A stretch of DNA of 64,000 nucleotides. Source: Candidatus Poribacteria bacterium (GTDB lineage Bacteria > Poribacteria > WGA-4E > PCPOR2b). The position numbers and the translations under genes are program-made. How positions within the stretch are numbered: the stretch's first letter is position 1; each line of letters opens with the position of its first letter. Of the stretch, positions 30,017 to 40,586 are shown piece after piece. A model generated the notes under the pieces. It saw nothing but the letters and a program-made list of their open reading frames with translations, did no database searches and had not been told where the DNA came from. The stretch is from the NCBI GenBank assembly GCA_965218095.1, contig OZ244587.1, forward strand, positions 1,632,001 to 1,696,000, read 5' to 3'.

Positions 30017-30931
30017 TTATCGTTTGAACCAGATCTTGAGCGCGGTGCCACCCATGATTTTGTCTTTTTCGTCTTTGCTGATGGGAGGCAGGTGAAAATC
30101 AATCAGGTCCACCAGTTTCCGATAGCCCGGCTCTTCAAGGATCCACGGAGAATCCGTGCACCACATCATGCGTTCCGGGCCGTAGGCCTGGTAGATCTGA
30201 TCGACCATCGGTTTCATGTCTTCGTAGGGCCAGGGCTTCTTGGAAAAGGCGTATTCTCCGGAAACCTTGATGTACACATTGGGGAATCGTGCCATGTCGA
30301 AGATGCGTGGATAGGTCGCAGGCGGCAACGACTCGTTGTCGAAGCGGGGCCGTCCCCAACGGTCTACCACACTAGGGGTGGTCGGCATCACACCGAGGTG
30401 GTCCAGAGAGATGTTGACATTGGGGAAGGCACCGGCCAGCATCTCAACACAGGCAATATTAGCGCTACCGGTGTAGATATTGATGTTGATACCTAGGTCG
30501 TCGACACACTGAAACAGGGTGTAGGCCTTCAAGTCTTCGGCGCCTGCGGCATCCGGATCGCCCAAGTCGCCGATCCGGATGCCCTCAATGCCAGTGGCCT
30601 CGACCAATTCTTTGAGGCGGGCGGGCGCATCCGGATCGTTTCCATCCACCAGCCCGGTGGCGGTGAAGCGGTCGGGCCACTTCTGGACACAGTGGGTCAC
30701 GTACCTATGGTCTTCGATCCGGGTGCCTCCCATATCGATCAACACCGTCCGATCTATACCCGCCGCGTCCATTTCCCGCAGGAGTTGCTCGGCGGTGGCT
30801 TCTTTGTCCGCCGGTGCCAGGCTGCTGACTTCGCGTGGAAACTCGTTGCTCAACCTAGCGAATATGTGTACATGTGCATCCACCTTATCCATGTCTACTG
30901 TACCTCCTGACTTTCTGAGAGGATTTTTCAT
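30017..30931 (-). CDS. Amidohydrolase_2 family protein (L-fuconolactonase-like); start may be MDKVD
   Basis: DAHVH, LDHLG, YIKVSG, MWCTDSP. Confidence 0.9.
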   Translation of the reverse strand: MKNPLRKSGGTVDMDKVDAHVHIFARLSNEFPREVSSLAPADKEATAEQLLREMDAAGIDRTVLIDMGGTRIEDHRYVTHCVQKWPDRFTATGLVDGNDPDAPARLKELVEATGIEGIRIGDLGDPDAAGAEDLKAYTLFQCVDDLGININIYTGSANIACVEMLAGAFPNVNISLDHLGVMPTTPSVVDRWGRPRFDNESLPPATYPRIFDMARFPNVYIKVSGEYAFSKKPWPYEDMKPMVDQIYQAYGPERMMWCTDSPWILEEPGYRKLVDLIDFHLPPISKDEKDKIMGGTALKIWFKR

Positions 30932-31130
30932 TGGTCATCCGCCGTCACAGTTCATTCATTTGTTCCCTCATTTGTCCTGTCAGTCACTTGCCTGGGCCAA
31001 ATGCAGTGTGGCAGGCTTTTCTTGCTGGCCCGTTTTTCCACTTTCTCACTTTCACATTTTCGTCTGTAAGAAAATTCAATTCATTGTTAATTCCCACAGC
31101 GTTTATACCGACGCCACGTTTATCAGTCAA

Positions 31131-32342
31131 TCAGCCCCACCCCGCCATCCAGCCTTCCACCGTCAGGTCGTCCGGCACGTCCTCAAAGCGGTAGTGGGTC
31201 GGCCCTCCCTGAAAGCCGGGCAAAAACTGTCTCTCTTCGCACCGCATCGCATCGTCGACGGGTTTGAAGCGCTGCCACAAGCACTCGGCTTCCTGTGGCG
31301 AGAAACGCGCTCCTAGCGGCTCGCCCCACTGCATCGTCATCGGATGAATCTGAGAGACTCCCTTCCGCTCCGCTTCGGTCAAACTGGCAACGTCACGACA
31401 TCTCTGGTTGTAGATGTGCCGGGCCGTTTTGCTGAAGCAGATTGTCGACTTCAACATACCCTTCACGCCGCGTCCGGGGTGCAACTTGTTCAGCGTGGCA
31501 TGGTAAGCTGTTCCATCTTTGTCGAGTACCGCCCGTAGCACCGCCACGGCAACCTCCATGTATCCTTCGCTGCGCCGGTGCCACCGTGTGAAAGTCTCCT
31601 GGGCCGAAGCTGAGAGGTATGGGAGCCAACGCAGGTCAGAATAGTGTGTGAGCCTAGCGAAGCCGCCGTGCATGGTGCGCCGCATCTTGGTGGAGTAGTT
31701 GCTGCCCCAGTGCAGGATAGGCAGGATATAGGCGACGCCGTCGCCGGCGGCGAGGTAGGTTTGCACACAACCCGGTACGGGCGCTCGCGGATTGCGCCCG
31801 ATGGATTCGTTTTCTTCATCGGTATTTGGACGGAGGTGACTGCCCGGAACTACATATAGCACATCGTCATCGTAGAGGGGCAAATTCCATTGCACGTACC
31901 GCGGACCTGTCTCAAGAATGTCGTCGGTATAAGCTTGCAACGGCGCGTTCAACGGCGAATAGAAATCGCGGTGCCACGCCGCGGGGCCACGGTCTCTCAC
32001 CGGATTGCACATCAACATCATCTCCGTCACCGGTGCATCTTCTTCCGCCAGAAGCTCGCTGCTGACGTCCTGTATATTCTCGTGCAGCCAGAATTCGATT
32101 GCACTGGCTGTCTGTTCGTCGTGCTCGGCACCCATCGTTGCCACCGACAACCTCGGTTGCGCACCCGATTCCCACACGCCCCCAGGCGGAGCGTCTGGGC
32201 CACGTTCCCTCGCCCAGACCACTCTTTGCCGTTTCACTAGGAGCTCATGGCTCCGTCGCAGCTCTTCGAGCTGATCCGGCGGTATAACTTCGCGCAGAAT
32301 GACGTATCCCTGCTCCAGGAATTGGTCTCGGCTTACTTTCAT
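31131..32342 (-). CDS. Long PhyH family dioxygenase
   Basis: MKVSRDQFLEQGY after AGGAG; WHRD, YVQWNLPLYDD, LHWGSNY. Confidence 0.88.
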   Translation of the reverse strand: MKVSRDQFLEQGYVILREVIPPDQLEELRRSHELLVKRQRVVWARERGPDAPPGGVWESGAQPRLSVATMGAEHDEQTASAIEFWLHENIQDVSSELLAEEDAPVTEMMLMCNPVRDRGPAAWHRDFYSPLNAPLQAYTDDILETGPRYVQWNLPLYDDDVLYVVPGSHLRPNTDEENESIGRNPRAPVPGCVQTYLAAGDGVAYILPILHWGSNYSTKMRRTMHGGFARLTHYSDLRWLPYLSASAQETFTRWHRRSEGYMEVAVAVLRAVLDKDGTAYHATLNKLHPGRGVKGMLKSTICFSKTARHIYNQRCRDVASLTEAERKGVSQIHPMTMQWGEPLGARFSPQEAECLWQRFKPVDDAMRCEERQFLPGFQGGPTHYRFEDVPDDLTVEGWMAGWG

Positions 32343-33071
32343 TGCTTTGTCTTCTCCTTTTTCGTTTGACTGTTGCAGTTGATTGAGGGCGCTATCCATT
32401 GGACATGTTTGTGAAGCAACGGGTGGCAAAAGAAACCCTCGCATGAAGCAGGGGTTATCTTGGAAAACGTCAGATTTTCTGATTGATACCGAATGCCCGA
32501 AGTGTTGCACTCGCCAGAAATTTTATTGCGACACTCGCTGAAATGTGTCCGGTTTTCTTCGCCAATGTGACATCCGTCGCTTCTTGACCCTTAATTCGCA
32601 CTGTATTGCTCCATCTACTTCACAAAAGACCGAATGTTCAAACCTAATCAAGAAGTAACATAAACACCTCCGGTTTTACCGGACTCGCTTTGGGAGATGA
32701 ATCTTAGGATCTAAAGTGAATCCTGGTTATGGTTTTAGAAACTGTCGTCTACCACGGATAGCGTGGTCAATCACAACTACCTTTTCGTCGAGCCCAATCA
32801 TTTCTTCGGGATGCCCTACTGCCATTTCTACCTTGGTGAAACCGGCTTTCGGAAATTGCTTTGAGTGCAGCATCATGCACTTTGTTAAGTCGTGTCGCAC
32901 CGCCAATTCCATAACGGCCCAAATTGTAACATTTTCAACAGACAGAAACAATCGGTAACCGATCGTCATTAGTCGTTCTTCGGCATTTTTGCCGGCAAGC
33001 AAAAACACAAAACCCATCGGAGATCCAACTCGCCGCCATTGCGCGCCACCCACACGCCCCAACGCCTTCGT

Positions 33072-33285
33072 TTAGTGGTTGAAGTCGTATTCCATCAGTT
33101 CATCGGTTCCCTGCCCCGCGATGCCGTTCTGCCCCAGCTGGCGCGCTTCGCTGACGATGCGGTCGATCGCCGTTGAGGGCCAGCCCGTTCCGTGGATGAT
33201 CGGGTAGGAGGGCATGGCACATTTTAATCTTCCGCAGGTTCCACACCTTCGGAAGGATCCGATGAAAACTGAACTCGGCAATCAT
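33072..33285 (-). pseudogene. Short gene remnant of unknown family
   Basis: Two overlapping frames with protein-like segments ending GTDELMEYDFNH; no complete gene. Confidence 0.3.
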
Positions 33286-33388
33286 AATGCGCCCTTCAAA
33301 TAATCACACAGTGAGGCTTACGCGGATTTGCGCTTTTCCTAATCCATGAACTCCTACCCAGTCAGTCGCCCAGAGCAAATCTGCGATT

Positions 33389-35012
33389 CTAACGAGATTG
33401 AGCAACCAACCCTTCAGGTGTAACCCGGATGAACTGCGCCCGCATCAGCGACTCGAAGGAATCCCAGGAGACATACAACACCACATCCGGTTCAACCTCG
33501 ATCATGCTCCCCATCACCCATACGGCGGAATCAATGAGGGTGCCCCGGTCCCAAATGCCCCCGTCGTCCAAGCTGGTGTGGATGGTGCAGCCGGGCAGAC
33601 GGTGTGATACGAGAATTGCCCCCGACGCAGTGCGAAGCATGTTCGCGGTCGCGTAGCCGGGGAATGGACCACGCACACAAGGGGTCCAGGTCGCGCCGGC
33701 GTCCGCAGACCATGTTTCCCACATCCAGGGCGAGTAAATCGGACGAATCAACGCGAGGATGCGTCCGTCGCCGGTCTGTACACCGCAGACTTCTGTGAGA
33801 TCGAAGTTGCCGTCCACAGGATTCCCCTTGCTGTTCCGCGCACCGTCCACATTTACCCATGCCGACCACGTTTTGCCGTTGTTGGTGGAGCGGCACGCAT
33901 ACGCCTGACAGTGATGTGAACTCCACGTGTGAAGCGCAGTTTCAGGCACGGTCGAGTCGTGTTCACCATAGCCGAACATCACCACCGAAGCATCGGCGAG
34001 GTTTACAAACACTTGTGGACCGGTCCCGAGACGCTTTACCCCCGGTGGAGGCGGCGCAACCATGACCGGCTCCGACGTCGACCAAGTGTGTCCATCGTCC
34101 AGCGACTCCGCCAGACGATATGCATCCTCGCCAGGAATCAATAGCCGGAGCTTGCCGTCGGGAAAAACATGGATGACTCCCCAGCCCTCCCACTCGCCGA
34201 CCTTCAATCCTGCTACCGGCTCTGGCTTCGACCAGGTTCTGCCGTTGTCCGTTGAATGGGTCATCAGCGGCGTAACCGTACCTCGATAAGCCTGTTCCTG
34301 TACAGTGTAGTTCAGCAGCAGATGTCCACCGGGTGTACGCACCAATTGTCCGGGGCGTTGCCACTGCCCGTATTCTGTATCAGGACAGGGGTGAAACCAG
34401 TTCGTGGGCGGCTGTGGGCGGTCGTTCCAGGGACCGGCTGGCAATTCTGTGCCATCAATCGAGAGGTTGCGAATGCCGGCTCTACCGAAAAGGTAAACGC
34501 CGATCCTGCTGGGACCACGGAAGGTCACGTCCGATGCATCAAAGATACCAGTGCTACCGATGCGTGCGACCAGTTTGTCCCCGATGAGATGAACGTCCAC
34601 GTCCAGCCAGAGACCGCTTGTACTCGGCACACGCCGCACCAATTCCAGTTTGACTATCCGTAGATACCCGCTGTCATCCATGCGGGACAATGCCGCCCAG
34701 AAATGTTGGGCGCGGCTGGCTTGACCGCAGTTGGGGAAATGCAGCAGATAGAAATGACTGGGGTCCGCTGCACGAAGGATGATGCCTGCATCCGAGTGAG
34801 GAGTCAGCCGAAACTGGAAGCGGGCGTGCAGGTCGCTGTAAACTTCGTCTTGAAAGAAAGCGTAGTGACTTCCCTGAATGCCGACCCCATCTTGTCTGAG
34901 AGTTTCGTCAGGCACGGATGAGGGCATTTTCGGGACCGTCGCACCATGCGCCGTTGATAAAGCTCCACCCGCTCCCATCGCCGAAGCGTAAAACGTGATT
35001 CCTGTTAGTCAT
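33389..35012 (-). pseudogene. BNR/sialidase-like protein with N-terminal beta-sandwich domain; single frameshift near 5' end
   Basis: GGAGG + ATG at 35012 gives MTNRNHVLRFGDGSGWSFINGAW..., shifting near 34920 into the 529-aa frame with five SxDxGxTW-type boxes. Confidence 0.72.
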
Positions 35013-35087
35013 CGGAGTACCTCCATGTGTGAAAAGTGAAATGCAAGGCGTAACCTCTATTTTGTATCGCATTTATAAATAATTGGC

Positions 35088-35116
35088 TTGCAGATTCTTT
35101 GAATATGTGATATTAT
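35088..35116 (+). promoter_or_regulatory. Inward promoter at left IS end driving passenger ORFs
   Basis: TTGCAG-N17-TATTAT with extended TG. Confidence 0.55.
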
Positions 35117-35200
35117 TGGGGTGTTACAAGCCTGTGATTCTGAAGTTTATTAAATCGTTGGCTTGTTTTACCTTTCCTCGCCAAAGTAAAGGACACCCCA

Positions 35201-35641
35201 ATGAGTGATTTTCTTAGTGTAGTAGCGGATATACTCATTATCATTGCTGCTGGAAAGTTCATTTGGAAACACATTCCCAGTAGTGACGATTTGTATAGTA
35301 TCAGAAAGTCCTTCATAGACTTCAGAGATGAAGCAAAACAACTGAAAGAAGAAGTCGTCAATTTAAGAAGGGTAGAGCTTACCAACATCGCAGAGAATCT
35401 GAAAACTAGAGATGCAACTGCGAAGAAAACCGTACCTGTTGAAGATATTGACAAGAAACTTGATTCTTTTCAACAGTCAGTAACGAGAATGGACAGGTAC
35501 ATGACAACTACCCTTGCAACTCATGTAGCAGTCATCAAGTCAATAGATAGTATAGAGGGGCGTTATGCCCAAATGGAGGAACGATTTGGGCAAACCGAAA
35601 CAACCCTCCGAAATGTTGCTAGAAGATTGCACATGAGATAG
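35201..35641 (+). CDS. IS passenger: hypothetical protein with N-terminal TM helix and coiled coil
   Basis: RBS AAAGGA; hydrophobic FLSVVADILIIIAAG then heptad-rich charged region. Confidence 0.7.
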   Translation: MSDFLSVVADILIIIAAGKFIWKHIPSSDDLYSIRKSFIDFRDEAKQLKEEVVNLRRVELTNIAENLKTRDATAKKTVPVEDIDKKLDSFQQSVTRMDRYMTTTLATHVAVIKSIDSIEGRYAQMEERFGQTETTLRNVARRLHMR

Positions 35642-35706
35642 ACATAAAACAGGCGAGGGGGTGTTATAGCACCCCCACCGCCACAACATGGCAAAGGAGA
35701 CCCCCC

Positions 35707-35886
35707 ATGCCACGCATCAAATACATCAAGTCTTACAGGCGTAAAGACGGCACGCTTGTAAGTCCACATATACGGACAACTGCTGATAACACCCTCTGCA
35801 TCACGACTTATTCCAATGAAAGGAGGGATTATCGTGTTTATAAAAATACGCAAAACCTTTACGTTTATCGTACTCAAAATCGCTAA
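35707..35886 (+). CDS. IS passenger: 59-aa basic protein with YRRKDGTxVxPHxRT motif
   Basis: RBS AAAGGAGA; hand translation MPRIKYIKSYRRKDGTLVSPHIRTTADNTLCITTYSNERRDYRVYKNTQNLYVYRTQNR. Confidence 0.6.
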   Translation: MPRIKYIKSYRRKDGTLVSPHIRTTADNTLCITTYSNERRDYRVYKNTQNLYVYRTQNR

Positions 35887-36075
35887 ACGTAAGGGTAATC
35901 AAACGCCGTATAGCAGTCCTTATACGGCTACGCCTAAGCAATAACTCTTAGGCAATATCAGGGGGTGCTACACAAAGCACTCCCTGATATTTTGTTGCTA
36001 GAGTGTCCGGCTCCCACCGGACACTCCCTTATGGGAAAACCTCTGAAAATATGACTCAGAAAGGAGGCAGATGTT

Positions 36076-36270
36076 ATGTCATCACAAAGGAAGGTGGATA
36101 TTCAACGTGTTAAAGAACATCTACAAAAACATGCTGATAAAACCCACCGAATTGAAGAGAGGTTATTTACCTCTACTGCAACCGTAGAAGATTTAAGAGT
36201 TGCAATTCAGTTACTTAAAAATGACTACACACTAATTACAACCATTTTCAAAAGGTTGGAAATAGTGTAA
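36076..36270 (+). CDS. IS passenger: 64-aa helical hypothetical protein
   Basis: Strong RBS AAGGAGG. Confidence 0.6.
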   Translation: MSSQRKVDIQRVKEHLQKHADKTHRIEERLFTSTATVEDLRVAIQLLKNDYTLITTIFKRLEIV

Positions 36271-36308
36271 TCTAATCCTTCTATGGAGTCTCCAGAGGTT
36301 TTCCCACC

Positions 36309-37190
36309 CTACACAAAGCATTCCCTGATAAACTTCTTGAAGATGTTCCGGTTCTTCCGGTTGTTGTACTTGTAACACGCCTCAGCGATGTAGAGCGAAA
36401 CATGCTTGTAGTGGTGATGTGTACCATGAAACGCACGTTTCACCAGCGACCAGAACCCTTCAATCGTGTTTGTGTGGGTATTACCGTCCACGTACTGCCA
36501 GTTCTTGTGTCTGATGACATGGTGAGGCATGAGCCCATCAACCGCCTCATACGATGAGAACTCATCTGTCATTAGAACTGAATCCTTCGGCTTCTCAATA
36601 ACGCCTTTGATGAACCCCAAAACGCCCTTACGACTCAAACTCGTAGCCACACGCGCCACAACATTCCCAGCCCGTTCAACAGCACCGATAACGGGCGTTT
36701 TCTTCGTGCCTCTACCTCGCTTGCTCGGTGGAGGCAAGTTCCCGTCCTTGTCTTTTCGTCGTCGGGGCTTACCGCCCACGTAGGTTTCATCGCATTCAAT
36801 AATTCCTCTCAGTAAAACCTTGCCCTTTCTACCCATCTCAGACCTGATTCGTTTCATCATGAACCAAGCTGAGGGTTGCGTTAAGTCCAAATGACGAGCC
36901 ATTTGACAACTTGATAGGCTTTTCTTCGCATCGTTCATTAACAGGATAGCCATAAACCACTTCTGAAGTGGAATCTGTGTTCCTTGAAATATCGTTCCCT
37001 GTAACACATTGAAACTTGACTTACAAGTATGGCAATTCCAACGACCAATTATGCTAGCTTCATTCTTCGGTGCAACCTTTTTACTTTCGCAATATGGACA
37101 CTCAGGTTTGCCACCCCAGCGGATAGTTTCTAAGTGTTTAATACAACTCTCTTGGTCAGAAAATCGTTCTACAGCATCAAACAAGTTCAT
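36309..37190 (-). CDS. IS1595-family (ISXO2-like) DDE transposase
   Basis: Zn ribbon RWGGKPECPYC..CHTC, ECDETYVGG, MTDE, HTNTIEGFWSLVKR. Confidence 0.95.
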   Translation of the reverse strand: MNLFDAVERFSDQESCIKHLETIRWGGKPECPYCESKKVAPKNEASIIGRWNCHTCKSSFNVLQGTIFQGTQIPLQKWFMAILLMNDAKKSLSSCQMARHLDLTQPSAWFMMKRIRSEMGRKGKVLLRGIIECDETYVGGKPRRRKDKDGNLPPPSKRGRGTKKTPVIGAVERAGNVVARVATSLSRKGVLGFIKGVIEKPKDSVLMTDEFSSYEAVDGLMPHHVIRHKNWQYVDGNTHTNTIEGFWSLVKRAFHGTHHHYKHVSLYIAEACYKYNNRKNRNIFKKFIRECFV

Positions 37191-37229
37191 TCATCTCAAC
37201 TCCTTTATTCATAAGGGTTTGATGCCTAT

Positions 37230-37258
37230 ATTGTATCAAATTTACACAAAACTTGCAA
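37230..37258 (-). promoter_or_regulatory. Inward promoter at right IS end driving transposase
   Basis: On minus strand TTGCAA-N17-TACAAT with extended TG. Confidence 0.6.
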
Positions 37259-37332
37259 GCCTAAACCTTATAAGCGCGTTTTGTATTTTGGGGGCATATT
37301 AACGCCAGTCCGTGTCTGTTCATTGGTTTACC

Positions 37333-37713
37333 TCATTTCGGCGGATCGCAAATGCGACATGGTTCGTAGCGTTCCCTGGCATTTTCCAATTTCATCGGCT
37401 TTTGGTTTTCCCCGAGGAACTGGCATCCCTCTCTATGATACCTTTTCCCGGCGGGGTTCACATAAACGAGAATATCTTCGTTGACCATTTCGTTTTTCTC
37501 CCTTTGTTTCCTATTCACCTTCCCCATAATCCTTAGAATCGCTTGGATGACTGATCCGGCGGCGATTGTCCCGAGGATAGTTGTTGCGATGAATCCCGTG
37601 AAAACCCAGTTGGCTATTATGTCCCAGACGCCTGTTCTCTCGTCAGTGGCTTTGTCGTGTTGCGTCCGCGGTTCTAATTCCTTTTGTGCTCTTTCTTCGC
37701 GTGTTTCTGCCAT
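37333..37713 (-). CDS. Membrane protein with C-terminal small metal-binding domain (Ada-like VYxxxxGKxYH...C...CxxC)
   Basis: TM segment, then VYVNPAGKRYHREGC...YEPCRICDPP. Confidence 0.75.
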   Translation of the reverse strand: MAETREERAQKELEPRTQHDKATDERTGVWDIIANWVFTGFIATTILGTIAAGSVIQAILRIMGKVNRKQREKNEMVNEDILVYVNPAGKRYHREGCQFLGENQKPMKLENARERYEPCRICDPPK

Positions 37714-37797
37714 TGCATTCCTCTCCTTTCAACATTGCCCGCTTGGGTCTTAGAGAAATCAATATTACGAGTTTTTTACTTAAAGTCTGATTGCGCC

Positions 37798-37887
37798 GGT
37801 CGAGTAGGAGCACTGCGACGTATCGAGACCAAGCAAACCACCGCTCACTTGGTTTCTTGGTTTCGATACACCTTCAGCTACTCAACC
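37798..37887. repeat. REP-like long imperfect hairpin
   Basis: GGTCGAGTAG..GTATCGAGACCAAG pairs with CTTGGTTTCGATAC..CTACTCAACC. Confidence 0.55.
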
Positions 37888-37970
37888 TACCGCTCAACCA
37901 CCGACGCTTCGCTACTCAACCGGCGCTCGCTAACTGAAAAAGTTGTATCAATATCCACTTGTCATTAATG

Positions 37971-40001
37971 TCATTTCCACTCACGTGCGTCTAGCCCCTC
38001 ACCTATGGTCGGCAGGCATGACATCCGCAATCTAGCACAACCTAGTGGAATCATTCTAATCGTTTCTTCGGGCGCGTCCGACTTGATTGGACTTGGCCGA
38101 AGTTCCTCAACGGTCTCGTTCTCCAGATTCCAGTTGGGAATGCGCTTTGCCTTCACCTTGATCTCCACGGGCGCGCCCTCGACCGTCCACGGTTGAACTG
38201 CCAACCTATTTTTCTCCTCTACCGTCAGGGAGGAGGCTGGTTTATCGCAGTCTATCACCAGGCCGTAGTTCCATGGGCTTTTGGGTAGCACCGCCCACTC
38301 AGGCCAACCCGCCGTACCCCCGCACCGGCTCCATTCTTCCTCAATCCGAATCGAGTAGCTCAACGGCCCCCGGTCCACTGTCACACTACCGTTGCGCGGC
38401 CAATCTGTCAAAGCAAGCTCCATCGGCATCACGATGTCTACCCTATCGCCGTCAATCCACTCCCGCTCGATCCGAAGGTATGTTTGAGGCCCTGCTTCCA
38501 CATCCAACCTTTTACCGTTTAGGGAAACACACAAACCCTTGCACCACTTCGGCACGCGCAGATAAAGCGGAAACTCTACTGACTGAGAAGTCGCGACCTC
38601 CATATGCACCGTATCTCTGAAGGGATAATGGGTCTCCGCATGAATCGTGACCTCTCTCCCCTCCCGGCCGACCTTTGCAGTTACCTCTGAAGCCGCATAC
38701 ATCCAGGCAGCCAAACCGCCATCGGCCGTTCCCTGCCACAGGTTCTCCACGTACCAGGGCCAACCCATCGCCACATTGTGCTGACAGCAACGGTAGAGAT
38801 AAGGGGAATAGGAGATCATGCATGCTTTATTGGCATACTCATGGTTGCCTGAAGCATCGAGTTGCGGCTGATTAGATGCTGTAAGGTAATGCAGCCCTTT
38901 GAGGTCGGGCGTCTGGGAAGCGGGGAAATGGTTTAGAGTGATGTCTTCACAGCGGTCTGCGTACTTTGGATGGCCCGTGATTCGTCCCAGGATGTAGAAA
39001 CTCTTGTTGAACTCAATCATGGCACAGGTCTCGCAACCCTGTCTTGGATCAGTATACGTGGAACGAAGGACCTCGTCTGCCCCGAAGATGCCCCTGGGCT
39101 GCTGACCCCAGGTGCCCATATGCTGATTGTACCAGTATTCTGAGGCAGCCAGATGCCATGATGCTTTCGATTGGGGGTAGTAACTGCCCGGATAGCGGAA
39201 GCGATGGGTGAAATCCACCACATGGTGGGCCAACCATTCGTCCGTTCTGTAGCGTCTCATTGTGTCGTTATCACCAGCGTTTAACATCCCCTCACGTCCA
39301 GGCCATTGATCGGTTGTGTGCGGAAAGTGTTTGAAAAAGCGCGTCGCAAGCTCCAGCAGCCACAACTCCCCTGTTTGGTTGTAAAGCCAGTGGAGGTGAG
39401 GGATCATCTCGCAAGGACGGCGCTTGTCGACAATCGGCTCATCAGGGATGAACACCTCATCGGGTATATCACGGCAGTACTGGAAAAAGTGGGTCATAAA
39501 TGGGATAACGCGGGCGTCCCCAGTATATTCGTAATGGTGGATGATCGGGTCGAGCATAACGGCGTGGGCCCAGAGGCCCGTAAACTTCTCACCGAATTCC
39601 CCTTCAACAGGTGCGAGGTTGCCGGGACCGAAATAACCGTTCCCCTCCTGGCTGGCAAAGGCAGCCTCGATCCATCTTTGGGATTCCTCCAATAAATTTT
39701 TATCTCCCCTCAGTACTACGAGGTCGTGGAAGCCCCGCAACCAGTACGGCGCCTCCTCTGCCCCACTGACCTCCTCACCCCCTAGCCAACCGTTGTTGGG
39801 TTTAAGGAAGTCGCTCAACTCGTCCAGGTGGCCCACCATCCCATCGGCCATCAGCTCAAGCTGAACTTTAAGCCACCCACCCGGGCGTATGCACCCAAGC
39901 GGGAGTTTGACAAGTGGATTTGGAAGAAGGGGAGGTCGATTTGTCGTATAGAAGGAATTTGATTTACTTACATCGGGCTTCTCTACAACGGTTACCAGCA
40001 T
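37971..40001 (-). CDS. Glycoside hydrolase family 127 (beta-L-arabinofuranosidase-like)
   Basis: GWL..QL..M.DG..GHL, CETC, YRCCQHN, ETHYPF, LRVPKW, RGPL. Confidence 0.9.
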   Translation of the reverse strand: MLVTVVEKPDVSKSNSFYTTNRPPLLPNPLVKLPLGCIRPGGWLKVQLELMADGMVGHLDELSDFLKPNNGWLGGEEVSGAEEAPYWLRGFHDLVVLRGDKNLLEESQRWIEAAFASQEGNGYFGPGNLAPVEGEFGEKFTGLWAHAVMLDPIIHHYEYTGDARVIPFMTHFFQYCRDIPDEVFIPDEPIVDKRRPCEMIPHLHWLYNQTGELWLLELATRFFKHFPHTTDQWPGREGMLNAGDNDTMRRYRTDEWLAHHVVDFTHRFRYPGSYYPQSKASWHLAASEYWYNQHMGTWGQQPRGIFGADEVLRSTYTDPRQGCETCAMIEFNKSFYILGRITGHPKYADRCEDITLNHFPASQTPDLKGLHYLTASNQPQLDASGNHEYANKACMISYSPYLYRCCQHNVAMGWPWYVENLWQGTADGGLAAWMYAASEVTAKVGREGREVTIHAETHYPFRDTVHMEVATSQSVEFPLYLRVPKWCKGLCVSLNGKRLDVEAGPQTYLRIEREWIDGDRVDIVMPMELALTDWPRNGSVTVDRGPLSYSIRIEEEWSRCGGTAGWPEWAVLPKSPWNYGLVIDCDKPASSLTVEEKNRLAVQPWTVEGAPVEIKVKAKRIPNWNLENETVEELRPSPIKSDAPEETIRMIPLGCARLRMSCLPTIGEGLDAREWK

Positions 40002-40586
40002 TTTGGTTCCCTCCTATTTGGATTGAACTGAATTAACAGATTTGCTGCCTAATCAGGAGTGGGAGATTGTTTTTGATATCGTGACATGGCCATCTTCAGA
40101 CGGATACACAACTCGGTATCTTCATCACTTTCTGCCATCAGCCGCTGTGCTTCCGCCCAAACCGCTTGTGGGAGAGATATGTGCAGCCGCCACTCCAGCT
40201 CAATAGATGCCTTTTTCAAAAACGCTACGGCTTCTCTTTTGTCATCTGCCAGCATCAGTAAATTCTCTTTTATTCATGTGTGCTTCTGCCCTTGTGATCA
40301 GACGATTTGTTTCGTCTTTCATATTATCATCCCGCTACGACTTCTACGCTTTAGCAATCCGGCTTCCTGAGTGTAAATGTACATGAGTGCTATCTGCTTA
40401 CTTCTTATGCCTCATTGCAACCGTTGAGGGCTCATTGGCGAAAATCAACGGGTTAATTTGTGTGAGCAACTCGTCTCGTTCAATAAAACATCAGGATGTT
40501 GAGGAATAACACTTTGTGAATCATGAGGATCTCTCCTTTTTGACAGCCACTCTTGACGCCCCCCTCTATGTCTCCCCCCAACTTTG

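Larger units (their letters stand above)
35068..37278 (-). mobile_element. IS1595-family element (2,211 bp) with passenger genes
   Basis: Imperfect TIRs CGCATTTATAA-N6-GGCTTGCA / CGCGCTTATAA-N6-GGCTTGCA; 8-bp TSD TTTTGTAT at 35060-35067 and 37279-37286; AT-rich. Confidence 0.88.

Noticed and set aside
40049-40330. Short minus-strand ORF pieces
   Set aside because: Possibly a remnant, but no recognisable family to support a call
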